Virus record (IMG/VR): IMGVR_UViG_3300042326_002445
Location: 62,001 to 126,000 of that record
DNA length: 64,000 nucleotides
Strand: one strand, 5' to 3'
Below the pieces are notes generated by a model. That model was not told the DNA's origin, did not search any database, and saw only the letters and a program-made list of their open reading frames with translations. The position numbers and the translations under genes are program-made. Shown in pieces: positions 44,850 through 54,282 of this stretch (positions within the stretch are counted from its first letter, which is position 1; each line of letters begins with the position of its first letter).

Positions 44850-46781
44850 ATGAGTAAATTAAATGAAGAACAGATAATGGCTGTGGACCATTTCTTTGGT
44901 CCATGCCTGGTTAGTGCATGTCCAGGTGCAGGAAAAACAAGAGTTATTACTCACAGGGCTATATCATTGGTCAGCAAGGGTGTAAGCCCTAGTAAAATCT
45001 TACTTGTTACTTTTACAAACAAAGCTGCTAGAGAAATGCAAGAAAGAATATCTAATCTTGCAAAAGATACCGGTACTAATATGGATGGAATATCTATTGG
45101 AACATTCCATAAAACTTGTTTGCAGATATTGAGAAATTCTAAAAATGTAAAAAGGTCATATAAGCACTGCAATATTATGGACCCAGACGATGTAGAGTCT
45201 TTGTTAAAATCAGTGGCTGAAGATCATCATGTTTCTCTTGAAAAAGAAGAGTTGGAAAAGTTTAAGTATTTGTATGATTCTTTAAGAGAAAAAGCTTTGA
45301 CGCAAGATCAAATTGTGTCCGAACTTAATAAAATTAATACTTGCTATTACGATCTGTATAATTTATATGAACAGGCAATAATAAATGTGAATGCAATAGA
45401 TTTTAGTGGTATTATGTATAATTTTTGGACTGAGTTAAATAATAATAATGACTTTAAAAATGAAGTGCAATCTTTGTATAATTTTATGATGGTTGATGAA
45501 GTTCAAGACACTAATATTATTCAGTTTGAAATAGCTAAAATTATTACGTCAACACACCAAAATATTTTTATGGTTGGAGATACAGATCAGAGTATATATC
45601 AATGGCGTGGAGCCAATCCTGGTCAAGTATCAAAATTTATAAAAGAAACTGGATGTAAAGTTTATAGACTTAGTAAAAACTATAGATGTACAGGTAATAT
45701 TGCTAATACAGCTTCTAATTTGATTTGCAATAATCCAAATAGATTGAATGCTCAAATTTTGGCTCATAGAGAAATGGGCAGTCCTATTGGATTAAGTGTA
45801 CACATGACACGAGATGAAGAGGCTGACAAAATAGCTAGATCTATTACTAGAATGAAGTTGATGAATACAAAGCTTAAAGATGTTGCCATTCTTGTAAGGG
45901 CTAGTCACTTAACAAGAGGTATTGAGCAGGCTTTAATGCGCCACAATGTAGCTTACACTATGACTGGTGGATTTAGGTTCTATGATAGAGAAGAAATTAA
46001 AGACGTTGTAGCCATGCTTAAGTTTATTAATAATCCCAAAGATGTTTTAAGTCTTTGTCGATTTATGAATAAGCCTAAGCGTGGACTCGGCGGAAAGTGT
46101 GTACAATTTATCAGCTCTTTGTCTCTAAGAAATGGAATATCTGATAATATAATAGATCATATCAACAATACTTCAGAGTTAAAAGAAGCGCAAAAAAGTT
46201 CATTAACGAGACTTTTACAAAGCTTATTTAGTAATGAAGTTAAAAATATGTCACTCCCAGATCTGATTAATCATGTAGTTTCTGCTACTAAATATTCAGA
46301 TTATATAAATACATTTAAAGGAGATGTTCCATTAGATAAACACGACAATATTCAAGAGTTGGTCAAGAGCGTTTCTACTAACGTGCAGTCTTTAGAAGAT
46401 TTTTTAACTTCTGTATCTTTAATGTCTACTCCAAAAGAGGCGTCAGAAGAAGATGAAATGCATTCCGTAAAAATTATGACTATGCACGCTGCAAAGGGAT
46501 TAGAGTTTAAAAATGTGTTTATTCCATGTTTTGAGGAAAATATAATACCTCATCGTAGATCTATAGCAGAAAGTCATACAGGGATTGAAGAGGAGAGAAG
46601 GCTTGCTTATGTAGCTGTTACTAGAGCTATGGACAACCTTTATATTAGCACTTCATTATCTGATGGTGGTTTTTCTAAAGAAATAAAGATGCCAAGTAGA
46701 TTCTTATTTGAGAGCGGCCTCTGCGACCAGCAATCTTACTATGATCTCGTACAAGAAGCTAGAAACAATTTCATGGTCTAA
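44850..46781 (+). CDS. UvrD/PcrA/Rep SF1 helicase; start ATG 44850
   Basis: LNEEQ, ACPGAGKT, TFTNKAAREM, VDEVQDTN, VGDTDQSIYQWRGA, NYRC, TMHAAKGLEF, EERRLAYVAVTRA. Confidence 0.95.
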   Translation: MSKLNEEQIMAVDHFFGPCLVSACPGAGKTRVITHRAISLVSKGVSPSKILLVTFTNKAAREMQERISNLAKDTGTNMDGISIGTFHKTCLQILRNSKNVKRSYKHCNIMDPDDVESLLKSVAEDHHVSLEKEELEKFKYLYDSLREKALTQDQIVSELNKINTCYYDLYNLYEQAIINVNAIDFSGIMYNFWTELNNNNDFKNEVQSLYNFMMVDEVQDTNIIQFEIAKIITSTHQNIFMVGDTDQSIYQWRGANPGQVSKFIKETGCKVYRLSKNYRCTGNIANTASNLICNNPNRLNAQILAHREMGSPIGLSVHMTRDEEADKIARSITRMKLMNTKLKDVAILVRASHLTRGIEQALMRHNVAYTMTGGFRFYDREEIKDVVAMLKFINNPKDVLSLCRFMNKPKRGLGGKCVQFISSLSLRNGISDNIIDHINNTSELKEAQKSSLTRLLQSLFSNEVKNMSLPDLINHVVSATKYSDYINTFKGDVPLDKHDNIQELVKSVSTNVQSLEDFLTSVSLMSTPKEASEEDEMHSVKIMTMHAAKGLEFKNVFIPCFEENIIPHRRSIAESHTGIEEERRLAYVAVTRAMDNLYISTSLSDGGFSKEIKMPSRFLFESGLCDQQSYYDLVQEARNNFMV

Positions 46782-47505
46782 CAAGCCTATAGTCATTCTC
46801 GGCGCTGGCCCGTCGTTGCGTAATTATGATTTCAGTATATGTAGCTGTCACATGCTAACAGTGAATAGCGCAATTTTAAAGACCAATTGGAGTGCCCCCT
46901 GTAATGACAATACTCTTCGTGGATGGATTAGCAATGATAGCTTATGTAGGAAATGGTCATATTTTGATAAAGTAAAAAAAGACCATTGTTACAAAATTGT
47001 AAGAGACTCTTGGTTAAAGTACGAGAGCGAATTAAAGGATTTTCTATTTTTTAAACCAAGAAAAACAAGAGAAGATGTAATAGAAGAAAATGACGATGGA
47101 TTATTATATAACTCTTCTGTGCCTTCCGCTATAGATTTGGCTATAAAGCTTGGCTTTAAAGAGATATACTTGTTTGGCATAGATCACATTGCGATAGGAG
47201 ATAGAACTCATTTTTGGCAATTTTTGCCAAAAGAATTGCAGCCAAAAGAAAAAATATTAGGGAAAGATAGAACAATATATGCAGCCCCTGTTCGAATTAT
47301 GCAACCTATTCCTATGCAAAAAAATGTTTGGAAAATGAACGTTGATGTTTTCAATTCTATTATTAATTATGCAAAAATTAAAAATGTGTCTATAAAAAAT
47401 GTAAATCACAATAAAACCTGTCTGCCTTTTAACGAAACAATTTTAGAAAATACAATATTAAAAAAATATGGCATTAAATTTGTGTCAATTTCAGAACATT
47501 CATAA
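46708..47505 (+). CDS. Maf/DUF115 (MptE-like) family putative nonulosonate transferase, paralog 1; start TTG 46708 or ATG 46741
   Basis: IVILGAGPSL, LTVNSA, ISND, NSSVPSAIDLAIKLGFKEIYLFGID. Confidence 0.7.
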   Translation: MRAASATSNLTMISYKKLETISWSNKPIVILGAGPSLRNYDFSICSCHMLTVNSAILKTNWSAPCNDNTLRGWISNDSLCRKWSYFDKVKKDHCYKIVRDSWLKYESELKDFLFFKPRKTREDVIEENDDGLLYNSSVPSAIDLAIKLGFKEIYLFGIDHIAIGDRTHFWQFLPKELQPKEKILGKDRTIYAAPVRIMQPIPMQKNVWKMNVDVFNSIINYAKIKNVSIKNVNHNKTCLPFNETILENTILKKYGIKFVSISEHS

Positions 47506-48214
47506 AGATAAACTTGGATTCATTATAGGTTCAGGTCCGTCTTTAAAAGATGTCAATCCTGAATTGCTGTCTGACTATGTTACAATGACAGTAAATTCTT
47601 CAATTTTATTTAATAAATCATGCGATTACTTTGTAAGTGACGACTGGTCAGTTTCTAACTGGTCTTATTTTATTAGAGATTTAGCTCAATCAAGCTGCAT
47701 TAAGTTTTTATATAATAAAAAATTTCAAGGTCGTGCATATCATCTTAGACAGCATGAAGTGTGCATGTTTGACCATACTTGGTATTTTGATCCAAAAACT
47801 AATAAATATAATATGAAAGGTTTAATTATGAACAAAGATTGTCAGCAGCCAATTATTGGCGCTAGGACAAGTTTGGCAAGCGGAATTCATATTATGAGGA
47901 TCATGGGGTGCAATCCTATAGTCATGATAGGATGTGACTGCAAAATGGTCGGAGATAAAAGATATTTTTGGGAATATCCAGGCTTTACTAAGCCTGTAAG
48001 ATTAGATAGAAAAGCAATTATACCATCTAGTGCAAAAATAGCTATTGGATCAAAAGAATGTCAAGACATATTGGATTATTGGAAGTTATTTAAAAAGATG
48101 AACGAAAAGTGTGACACTAGCATTATAAATGCTACTAAAGATTCTGCTTTAAATATTTTTGAACAACATCAGCTCGATAAATTGTTAGAAAAATATGGTG
48201 ACAGGAAAAAATAA
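47468..48214 (+). CDS. Maf/DUF115 (MptE-like) family putative nonulosonate transferase, paralog 2
   Basis: GFIIGSGPSL, MTVNSS, FVSDD, RTSLASGIHIMRIMGCNPIVMIGCD. Confidence 0.7.
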   Translation: MALNLCQFQNIHKDKLGFIIGSGPSLKDVNPELLSDYVTMTVNSSILFNKSCDYFVSDDWSVSNWSYFIRDLAQSSCIKFLYNKKFQGRAYHLRQHEVCMFDHTWYFDPKTNKYNMKGLIMNKDCQQPIIGARTSLASGIHIMRIMGCNPIVMIGCDCKMVGDKRYFWEYPGFTKPVRLDRKAIIPSSAKIAIGSKECQDILDYWKLFKKMNEKCDTSIINATKDSALNIFEQHQLDKLLEKYGDRKK

Positions 48215-48946
48215 ATGAACAATATTTGCTTTATACCTGCAAGAGGTGGATCAAAAGGAATTAAAAACAAAAATCTAGCTGTACTTGATGGCCTACCTTT
48301 GTTGTACTGGTCTGTACTTGGCGCTCTAGACGCTGGAATTTTTAGTAATATATATGTTTCTTCTGATGATACGTCTATCTTGGAGCATGTAAAGATAATT
48401 TCTAGCAATCCGTCTGCCTGTAGAGTTCATGGTATTTTAAGGTCTGCAAAAAATAGTGGAGATAAATCTACTACTGAATCTGCAATATTAGAATTTTTAC
48501 AATTTGAATCAAATATAAAAAATGAAGATTTTTTGTATATACTTCAGCCTACATCTCCATTTAGGCATGGTGATTTGATAGCTGAATTTAGTGCAGATTT
48601 TACATCATCTAATAGAGATGCTGGTTTTACCGCATCTTCGATTACCCCATTTTTGTGGAAAAATGAAAAGCCCATGTATAACATCAATGAAAGAAAAATG
48701 AGACAAGATTTGCACAAAGATGAATTTTACTATCATGAAGATGGGAATTTGTATGCATGCTCTGTTGGTCATATAAGAAATAAAAATGTAAGATTGTGCG
48801 ATAATTCTTACGTTCATATTAATGACGATATTAAATCTTTACAGATTGATACGTACTTGGAATTGGATTTCATGAATTTTATAGCACAAAAAGATAAGGA
48901 GATTATTGAATGGAAAAAAGATCTTGTCAGCTTGTTGCAGAATTAG
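48215..48946 (+). CDS. neuA: Acylneuraminate cytidylyltransferase (CMP-nonulosonate synthetase)
   Basis: FIPARGGSKGIKNKN, VSSDD, LQPTSPFR, EDGNLY, QIDT. Confidence 0.9.
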   Translation: MNNICFIPARGGSKGIKNKNLAVLDGLPLLYWSVLGALDAGIFSNIYVSSDDTSILEHVKIISSNPSACRVHGILRSAKNSGDKSTTESAILEFLQFESNIKNEDFLYILQPTSPFRHGDLIAEFSADFTSSNRDAGFTASSITPFLWKNEKPMYNINERKMRQDLHKDEFYYHEDGNLYACSVGHIRNKNVRLCDNSYVHINDDIKSLQIDTYLELDFMNFIAQKDKEIIEWKKDLVSLLQN

Positions 48947-49755
48947 GGGCAGTTCACGCTGGGTCTTTGCCTAGAGCGATTATGCTTATAGAATTGGCAG
49001 CTTATAATGGAGCTGATATTGTAAAGTTTCAAAAGCGAAATCCTTACAAATCAGTACCTCCAGATATTGCTAATCAACCACATCCTAATCCTTATTTTTC
49101 TTATGGCTCTACTTACTTAGATCATAGGCTTGCTCTTGAACTAGACATTAAAGATCATGAAATTTTAAAACAAAAATGTAAGGAGCTTGGAGTTGGGTAT
49201 GGATGCAGCGTCTGGGATTTGGATAGCGCTGAAGAAATAATCAGAATACATCCTGATCTATTAAAAATACCAAGCGCTTGTAATATGCATTTTGATCTTA
49301 TTGATTATTGTCTTGCTAATTTTGAAGGGGTTGTGCATATAAGTTTAGGGATGCTGAGCCAAGATGATAGAAAGTTTTTATTTAAAAAATATGAAAAAGC
49401 TAACGTTTTATTTTATCATACCACCACTGAATACCCGTGTCCATTTGAAAGGTTGTATGTTAAGGAAGTATCAAACATATATAATATATTTGGCAGGGCT
49501 GGCTTTAGTAATCATGGATACGGTATTGCTGCAGACATTGCAGCATTAGCTATGGGTGCTAGCTTTATAGAAAGACATTTTATAGATGATAGGACTTTTA
49601 GGCACACCGATGCTGCGGCAAGTCTTGAGCCTCATGGACTAAAAACTTTAAAAAGAGATATTGTTAACGTTAGTAAAAGCTTAAAATTTATGAATGTAGA
49701 ATGCTCAGATGAAGAAAAAAGTCAGTCTGTTAAATTAAGGAATTCAAGTAAATGA
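48910..49755 (+). CDS. neuB: N-acetylneuraminate/KDN-9-P synthase family (short form, no SAF domain)
   Basis: VAELGAVHAG, GADIVKFQKR, SVWD, LKIPS, ISLGM, HTTTEYP, GFSNH, IERHF, ASLEP. Confidence 0.9.
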   Translation: MEKRSCQLVAELGAVHAGSLPRAIMLIELAAYNGADIVKFQKRNPYKSVPPDIANQPHPNPYFSYGSTYLDHRLALELDIKDHEILKQKCKELGVGYGCSVWDLDSAEEIIRIHPDLLKIPSACNMHFDLIDYCLANFEGVVHISLGMLSQDDRKFLFKKYEKANVLFYHTTTEYPCPFERLYVKEVSNIYNIFGRAGFSNHGYGIAADIAALAMGASFIERHFIDDRTFRHTDAAASLEPHGLKTLKRDIVNVSKSLKFMNVECSDEEKSQSVKLRNSSK

Positions 49756-50228
49756 TTATTTTTTCAGACATAGACGGAGTTTTGACTGATGGTTTTTATT
49801 ATCATAGTGAAGATGGGATGATAGGAAAGGGATTTTGTACTAGAGATTTTCATGCAATTAATAATTTTAGTCAGAATGGGTTTAATTTTATCTTTCTAAC
49901 TGCATCAACAGACATAGCAACTATAAAAAAATTTAAATATAATAAATTGAAAATAGTACCTAATTGTAAAGATAAAAAAGAAGCAGTGATATCTTCATGC
50001 ATTCAACTTGGATATGTTGCGTCCGATTGCATTTTTGTAGGAGATGGACCTCAAGACATGTGTGCTATGGAGGTATGTGGTCAATCATTTTGTCCCAACG
50101 ATGCTTGTCACGCTGTTTTAAGTATGCCTTTTGTTATAAGATTGAATTCCAACGGTGGCAAAGGAGTAATAGATGAAATGCTATTTAAAGCATTTAGAAA
50201 AGATTATGAAAGCATAATGATCAAATGA
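49752..50228 (+). CDS. KdsC-family HAD phosphatase (KDO-8-P/KDN-9-P phosphatase-like)
   Basis: SDIDGVLTDG, FCTRD, LTAS, KDK, VGDGPQD, GGKGVIDE. Confidence 0.9.
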   Translation: MIIFSDIDGVLTDGFYYHSEDGMIGKGFCTRDFHAINNFSQNGFNFIFLTASTDIATIKKFKYNKLKIVPNCKDKKEAVISSCIQLGYVASDCIFVGDGPQDMCAMEVCGQSFCPNDACHAVLSMPFVIRLNSNGGKGVIDEMLFKAFRKDYESIMIK

Positions 50229-51826
50229 AGCTTGTTCATGTTATAGAAAAAACATTTAACTCGGGTGCAGCTTCATCTCTTAAACAAATATATGAAGCTT
50301 TAAGTGATTCATCTGTTATAAATGAACAAGATGTCATCTGCGTTAATCATAGATTATCTAACAAAAACATTGGCAGTCATTTTCCTGTACCTGTCAAACA
50401 GGCTACTTTTGAGTCTGTAATTAATGATGCAAAAAGCGAAAAGTTTAAAGATTGTGTTTTTGTATTCCATAAACTAATGTGCTCTCCCACCAAGATGTTT
50501 GCTAATTTATTATGGAAAACAAAATGCCCATATTTTGTAATTAATCACACTTATTCTGATTCAAACGGTTTTAATAAACTTTTTAATTTTACTGAATGCG
50601 TTTGCGTCAGTGATCATATGTCTAAAAAGATGAAGTCAATAAATAAAAATACAAATTTTTACACTATTAAAAATATTGTAGATTTTTCATATGTTTCAAA
50701 ATTTGCATGTACACAAGAAAAAAATGAATCTTTTTTTAAAACTGGCAGAATAAATTCATTAAACGCTATAAAATACAATCCAGAATTTGTTAAGTGGATA
50801 AGTAGTATTAAATTGTCAAAACAGCATATTCATGAGTATATTGGTACTGGACAGCATTATAATGAAGCGTACACTCTAGCGGAATCTTGCAAGACTAAGG
50901 AAAGTCATTGCGTAATGGTTGGTTCTGTAAATGATGAAAAAATAAAATTTAGTAAATTAAAATCTTGGGATTTATTTGTATATCACATAAACAGGCCTGA
51001 GGGAACGTCAATGGCTGTACTTGAGAGCTTAGCCGCTGGCGTACCCGTAATCTGCTCAAACATACCTGGGAATAGTGAGCTTGTGATAAATGGAGTTAAT
51101 GGATACACTTTTGAATCATTTTCGGAAGCAGAATTAATACTGAAGAACGTTTTTTCTGATGTTGAAAAATTAAAACGCTTAAAAGAGTCTACTGCAAATT
51201 GGGCTTCAGAAAATCTGAATAAAAATTATTTCAAAAAACAATATGAAGAAGTTATAAATGATATCGTAGAAAATTTTAAAAATAAGTCTTCAGGTAATAA
51301 TAAAAGTTATCAAAAGGTAAGTGTTAGCAAAAACTCTAGAGATACTTTAATACGGCAGAACATAAAAAAAGTAGTTGAAGAAAGAACTTCTTCAAAAACA
51401 TACCATAAAGCTAAAAGTCTTTACCCAAAAGGTACAAACCGCACAAAACACGTGATCGGTAGTAAAGTAATAAATAAAAAAACTGAACTAAAAGAAGTAT
51501 TAGGCATAAGTACTGTCGATCAAAGAACATTTTTTCCTATTATAAATGTGCGCGACATAAACAGCTATGTTAGTTTTTATTCAGACATGATAGGAATATC
51601 ATGTGAAAATTGCGATCACAATAACCCGAGGATGATATACAAAAAAGACTATGAAAATTGTCAGTACTTTATTATTAATACTTTAGATGATTCATTAGAA
51701 AAATTAAATGATTTAGAGCAAAAGCTATTTTTAAAGTCCGATATATTATATATTAGTAATAATAATATTAATAATTTTAAAAACTTAATCAATAAAAAAA
51801 ACATATGGGCAGAAAACGAAAAATAA
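50225..51826 (+). CDS. Glycosyltransferase family 4 with basic C-terminal extension
   Basis: SGAASS, TIKNIVD, GRIN, WDLFVY...EGTSMAVLESLAAGVPVICSNIPGNSELVINGVNGY. Confidence 0.85.
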   Translation: MKLVHVIEKTFNSGAASSLKQIYEALSDSSVINEQDVICVNHRLSNKNIGSHFPVPVKQATFESVINDAKSEKFKDCVFVFHKLMCSPTKMFANLLWKTKCPYFVINHTYSDSNGFNKLFNFTECVCVSDHMSKKMKSINKNTNFYTIKNIVDFSYVSKFACTQEKNESFFKTGRINSLNAIKYNPEFVKWISSIKLSKQHIHEYIGTGQHYNEAYTLAESCKTKESHCVMVGSVNDEKIKFSKLKSWDLFVYHINRPEGTSMAVLESLAAGVPVICSNIPGNSELVINGVNGYTFESFSEAELILKNVFSDVEKLKRLKESTANWASENLNKNYFKKQYEEVINDIVENFKNKSSGNNKSYQKVSVSKNSRDTLIRQNIKKVVEERTSSKTYHKAKSLYPKGTNRTKHVIGSKVINKKTELKEVLGISTVDQRTFFPIINVRDINSYVSFYSDMIGISCENCDHNNPRMIYKKDYENCQYFIINTLDDSLEKLNDLEQKLFLKSDILYISNNNINNFKNLINKKNIWAENEK

Positions 51827-52110
51827 AAAGAGTATATTTAAAAAAGTCAAATATTGACATTACAGAAGTCTTGCAGCATGTTAGCTACGCTCAATTAGTA
51901 AAAAAGAATACTATATTTTATGTTTCAGAGCACGATAGTCATACTGTAGATAACTTATTGCGAGATGCAAATGTGATTTACAACAGAAATTACCTTGTAA
52001 GAAGTAAGAGATTTAAATATCAAATAATTGTTAAACAGTCGAATGAAAAGGAATCAGTCGATATAGTCAGTGAGTTCATTAATAACTTTAAATTGAAGGA
52101 GAAAAAATGA
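51805..52110 (+). CDS. Hypothetical protein
   Basis: ORF in operon context. Confidence 0.5.
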   Translation: MGRKRKIKRVYLKKSNIDITEVLQHVSYAQLVKKNTIFYVSEHDSHTVDNLLRDANVIYNRNYLVRSKRFKYQIIVKQSNEKESVDIVSEFINNFKLKEKK

Positions 52111-52433
52111 TCAGAAAATTGCATGCGTATGTTAATGATGATGGAATAAAGATTGAGCATATTGAGAAGGCTAGTGATGGCGACTCTTTAGAGTTTTCTT
52201 ATTTTGGTGTAGCTCAAATGGTCACTAACTTTGGTCAGTCTGAGGTTAGATTTGTCATACCAGCAGCATCTTTAGAAGAAGCTTTTGAAAAGTATGAAGA
52301 AGAACTTAAGAAGTTCTCTGAAGAGATGAAGAAGCAGATTGCTGAAAGACAGGCTGCGGCACAAAAGAAGCAGTCCGAGTCTATTTCTGCTCCAGTTCAA
52401 GGAGAAGTTCTTAGCACTCAGCCTGCTGACTGA
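52107..52433 (+). CDS. Hypothetical protein
   Basis: SD AAGGAG; C-terminal coiled coil; high-expression-like codons. Confidence 0.65.
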   Translation: MIRKLHAYVNDDGIKIEHIEKASDGDSLEFSYFGVAQMVTNFGQSEVRFVIPAASLEEAFEKYEEELKKFSEEMKKQIAERQAAAQKKQSESISAPVQGEVLSTQPAD

Positions 52434-52468
52434 TATTTTAAGTTAACTAGTTGTGCTGGACATTTTAA

Positions 52469-53116
52469 ATGAAAATAGGATTTTGTACAGACTTATGTGA
52501 CGGTCTTTTTGATTTAAAAGAAAATTTAGACTGTTTAATTTGCTGTGGCAACTTTTTGCCTATTTATGACAAAGAGCTTTTAACTTGGAATATTACAAAT
52601 CAGGTAGATTGGATAGAAGACAATCTTAACAAGTGGATGGATAAATATCCATCCACTTGTTTTATTTTTAGTGGTGGTCCAAATGATCATCTGGCAAAGT
52701 TTTATGGTTCACACTCTAATTACTATATGAGAGCAAACTATATTCAAGATGAATTGATAACTTTTAAGGGTCTTAAAATTTACTCAATGCCTTGGGTCCC
52801 TATTCATTTTTCAAATTTAGATCCCAATGCTTTTAAATCAAAAGACATAAATCTTTATACTACTGCCATAGAAAGCATTCCGGCAGAAACTGACATACTA
52901 GTTACATGGAACCACTGCTATATGCACAAGAACTGCACCAACATATCAGATCAAGGCGACATATATCTAAATAAAAAAATCAATACTCTAAAAAACTTGA
53001 AGATTCATGCATTTGGGCAGATGGTTGAGGATACTGTAATACAGAACGCAACAAGTCACTTAGTCGTGTGTGCTAATAGATCCCATGTTGGGAACTACAC
53101 GACGGTGCAGATTTGA
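52469..53116 (+). CDS. Degenerate metallophosphoesterase-fold protein
   Basis: Motif spacing of the MPP family but altered residues: CTDLC, CGNF, GPNDH, VTWNH, HAFGQMVE. Confidence 0.6.
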   Translation: MKIGFCTDLCDGLFDLKENLDCLICCGNFLPIYDKELLTWNITNQVDWIEDNLNKWMDKYPSTCFIFSGGPNDHLAKFYGSHSNYYMRANYIQDELITFKGLKIYSMPWVPIHFSNLDPNAFKSKDINLYTTAIESIPAETDILVTWNHCYMHKNCTNISDQGDIYLNKKINTLKNLKIHAFGQMVEDTVIQNATSHLVVCANRSHVGNYTTVQI

Positions 53117-53127
53117 TGGAGTAGGAT

Positions 53128-53463
53128 ATGAATCCTGAGGATATTAGTAAGTTTATTCACGGTTGTGAAATTGGAGATCTTAAGGGAGCTGACTTTGATG
53201 GACACATTGGTATATTAATGATGTACCATTTTCTGTCAAAGTCTGCTTTAGATGTCAGCAAATTTGCTAGAGATAATAAGTTTAATTACGAAACTTGCAT
53301 GGCTATAGCTGATAGATTTGCAGTCAATGGTTTTATGCAGTCTAGCAACTGGGTATGTAAGTCAAGAAACAGTATGCTCTCAGTCCTTAAGCACAAGAGT
53401 AAAATTTCTGTGAAAGACTGGTGCTATGTTGCTGGCGTTGCTTCTGGCTACACTGGAAAGTAA
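53128..53463 (+). CDS. Hypothetical protein
   Basis: ORF with SD-like GGAG/AGGA upstream. Confidence 0.55.
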   Translation: MNPEDISKFIHGCEIGDLKGADFDGHIGILMMYHFLSKSALDVSKFARDNKFNYETCMAIADRFAVNGFMQSSNWVCKSRNSMLSVLKHKSKISVKDWCYVAGVASGYTGK

Positions 53464-53466
53464 ACT

Positions 53467-53973
53467 GTGAAACCAGCAAGAAAAATTGCCCACAAAGTGG
53501 CCGATATCATATTAAAATCGGCCACCAATAGTTTAGAACCTGATCGCATGAGGGACATGTATCTGCAAACCTCTACGATTAGTTCAGATCCAACTGATGA
53601 GGTTGATCAGCACAATAGCGCTATAGTTGTTGCTGCTTGGGTAGACTCCATCATTGAGCATATGGCAACAAGAAAAGATAGGATTATATCTGACTATGTG
53701 TTAGATTTAATTCAAAGCATTGAAAAACATTTAGAATCTAGCTACACAGAAGAAGAGCTTGACTTTATAGCAAAAGTAATTGAAGATCATGCTTTTAAGA
53801 AGATGCTGCTTGACGGCAAAATCTTTGAGTCTGTGGTAGAGGCTAAGGAAGTTTTCAACAATAAAGTTTTAAAAGAAATGCAGTCAGAAGAATGCGTAAA
53901 TATTATGCAAAAAAAGCTGCGTGGCATGATGATGCGAAAGCATTTTGACGATAACACATTAGGCTCCGATTGA
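53467..53973 (+). CDS. Hypothetical protein (GTG start)
   Basis: ORF in operon context; helical composition. Confidence 0.55.
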   Translation: MKPARKIAHKVADIILKSATNSLEPDRMRDMYLQTSTISSDPTDEVDQHNSAIVVAAWVDSIIEHMATRKDRIISDYVLDLIQSIEKHLESSYTEEELDFIAKVIEDHAFKKMLLDGKIFESVVEAKEVFNNKVLKEMQSEECVNIMQKKLRGMMMRKHFDDNTLGSD

Positions 53974-54005
53974 GGAGACAAAGCTATTTTAAAGGAGAAA
54001 AAGCT

Positions 54006-54260
54006 ATGATGATTTACAAGAGAGTTGTTTCAACGAAGCGCCACACCATTGGTTACATGATCACAGGAGTTGGTCAGGTTTCTCGCCGTGAGGCTGTCCG
54101 TCTTGCCAAGGCTGGCAAGATCAAGGGAGTTCGTGTTGCTCGTAGTCCGCAGGGTGAGTACATCACCAGCAGCACTTCGCGCAACCTCTACAGCCTCCCA
54201 ACTGTCGTCGCCTCTCGCAATGAGGCCCGTCGTCCAGTCGCAGCTGGTCGTCGTCGTTGA
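54006..54260 (+). CDS. Small basic DUF3892-like protein; start ATG 54006
   Basis: SD AAAGGAG at 53991; EAVRLAKAGKIKGVRV...YITS...NLYSLP resembles DUF3892; Arg-rich; ~60% GC. Confidence 0.6.
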   Translation: MMIYKRVVSTKRHTIGYMITGVGQVSRREAVRLAKAGKIKGVRVARSPQGEYITSSTSRNLYSLPTVVASRNEARRPVAAGRRR

Positions 54261-54282
54261 TAGTTTTTGAGCGCTTTTGCCG

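Noticed and set aside
49752-50228. KdsC-like gene as part of a KDO/LPS pathway
   Set aside because: Neighbours are NeuA- and NeuB-type rather than KdsA/KdsB-type by motif, so a nine-carbon pathway fits better; substrate still needs testing.
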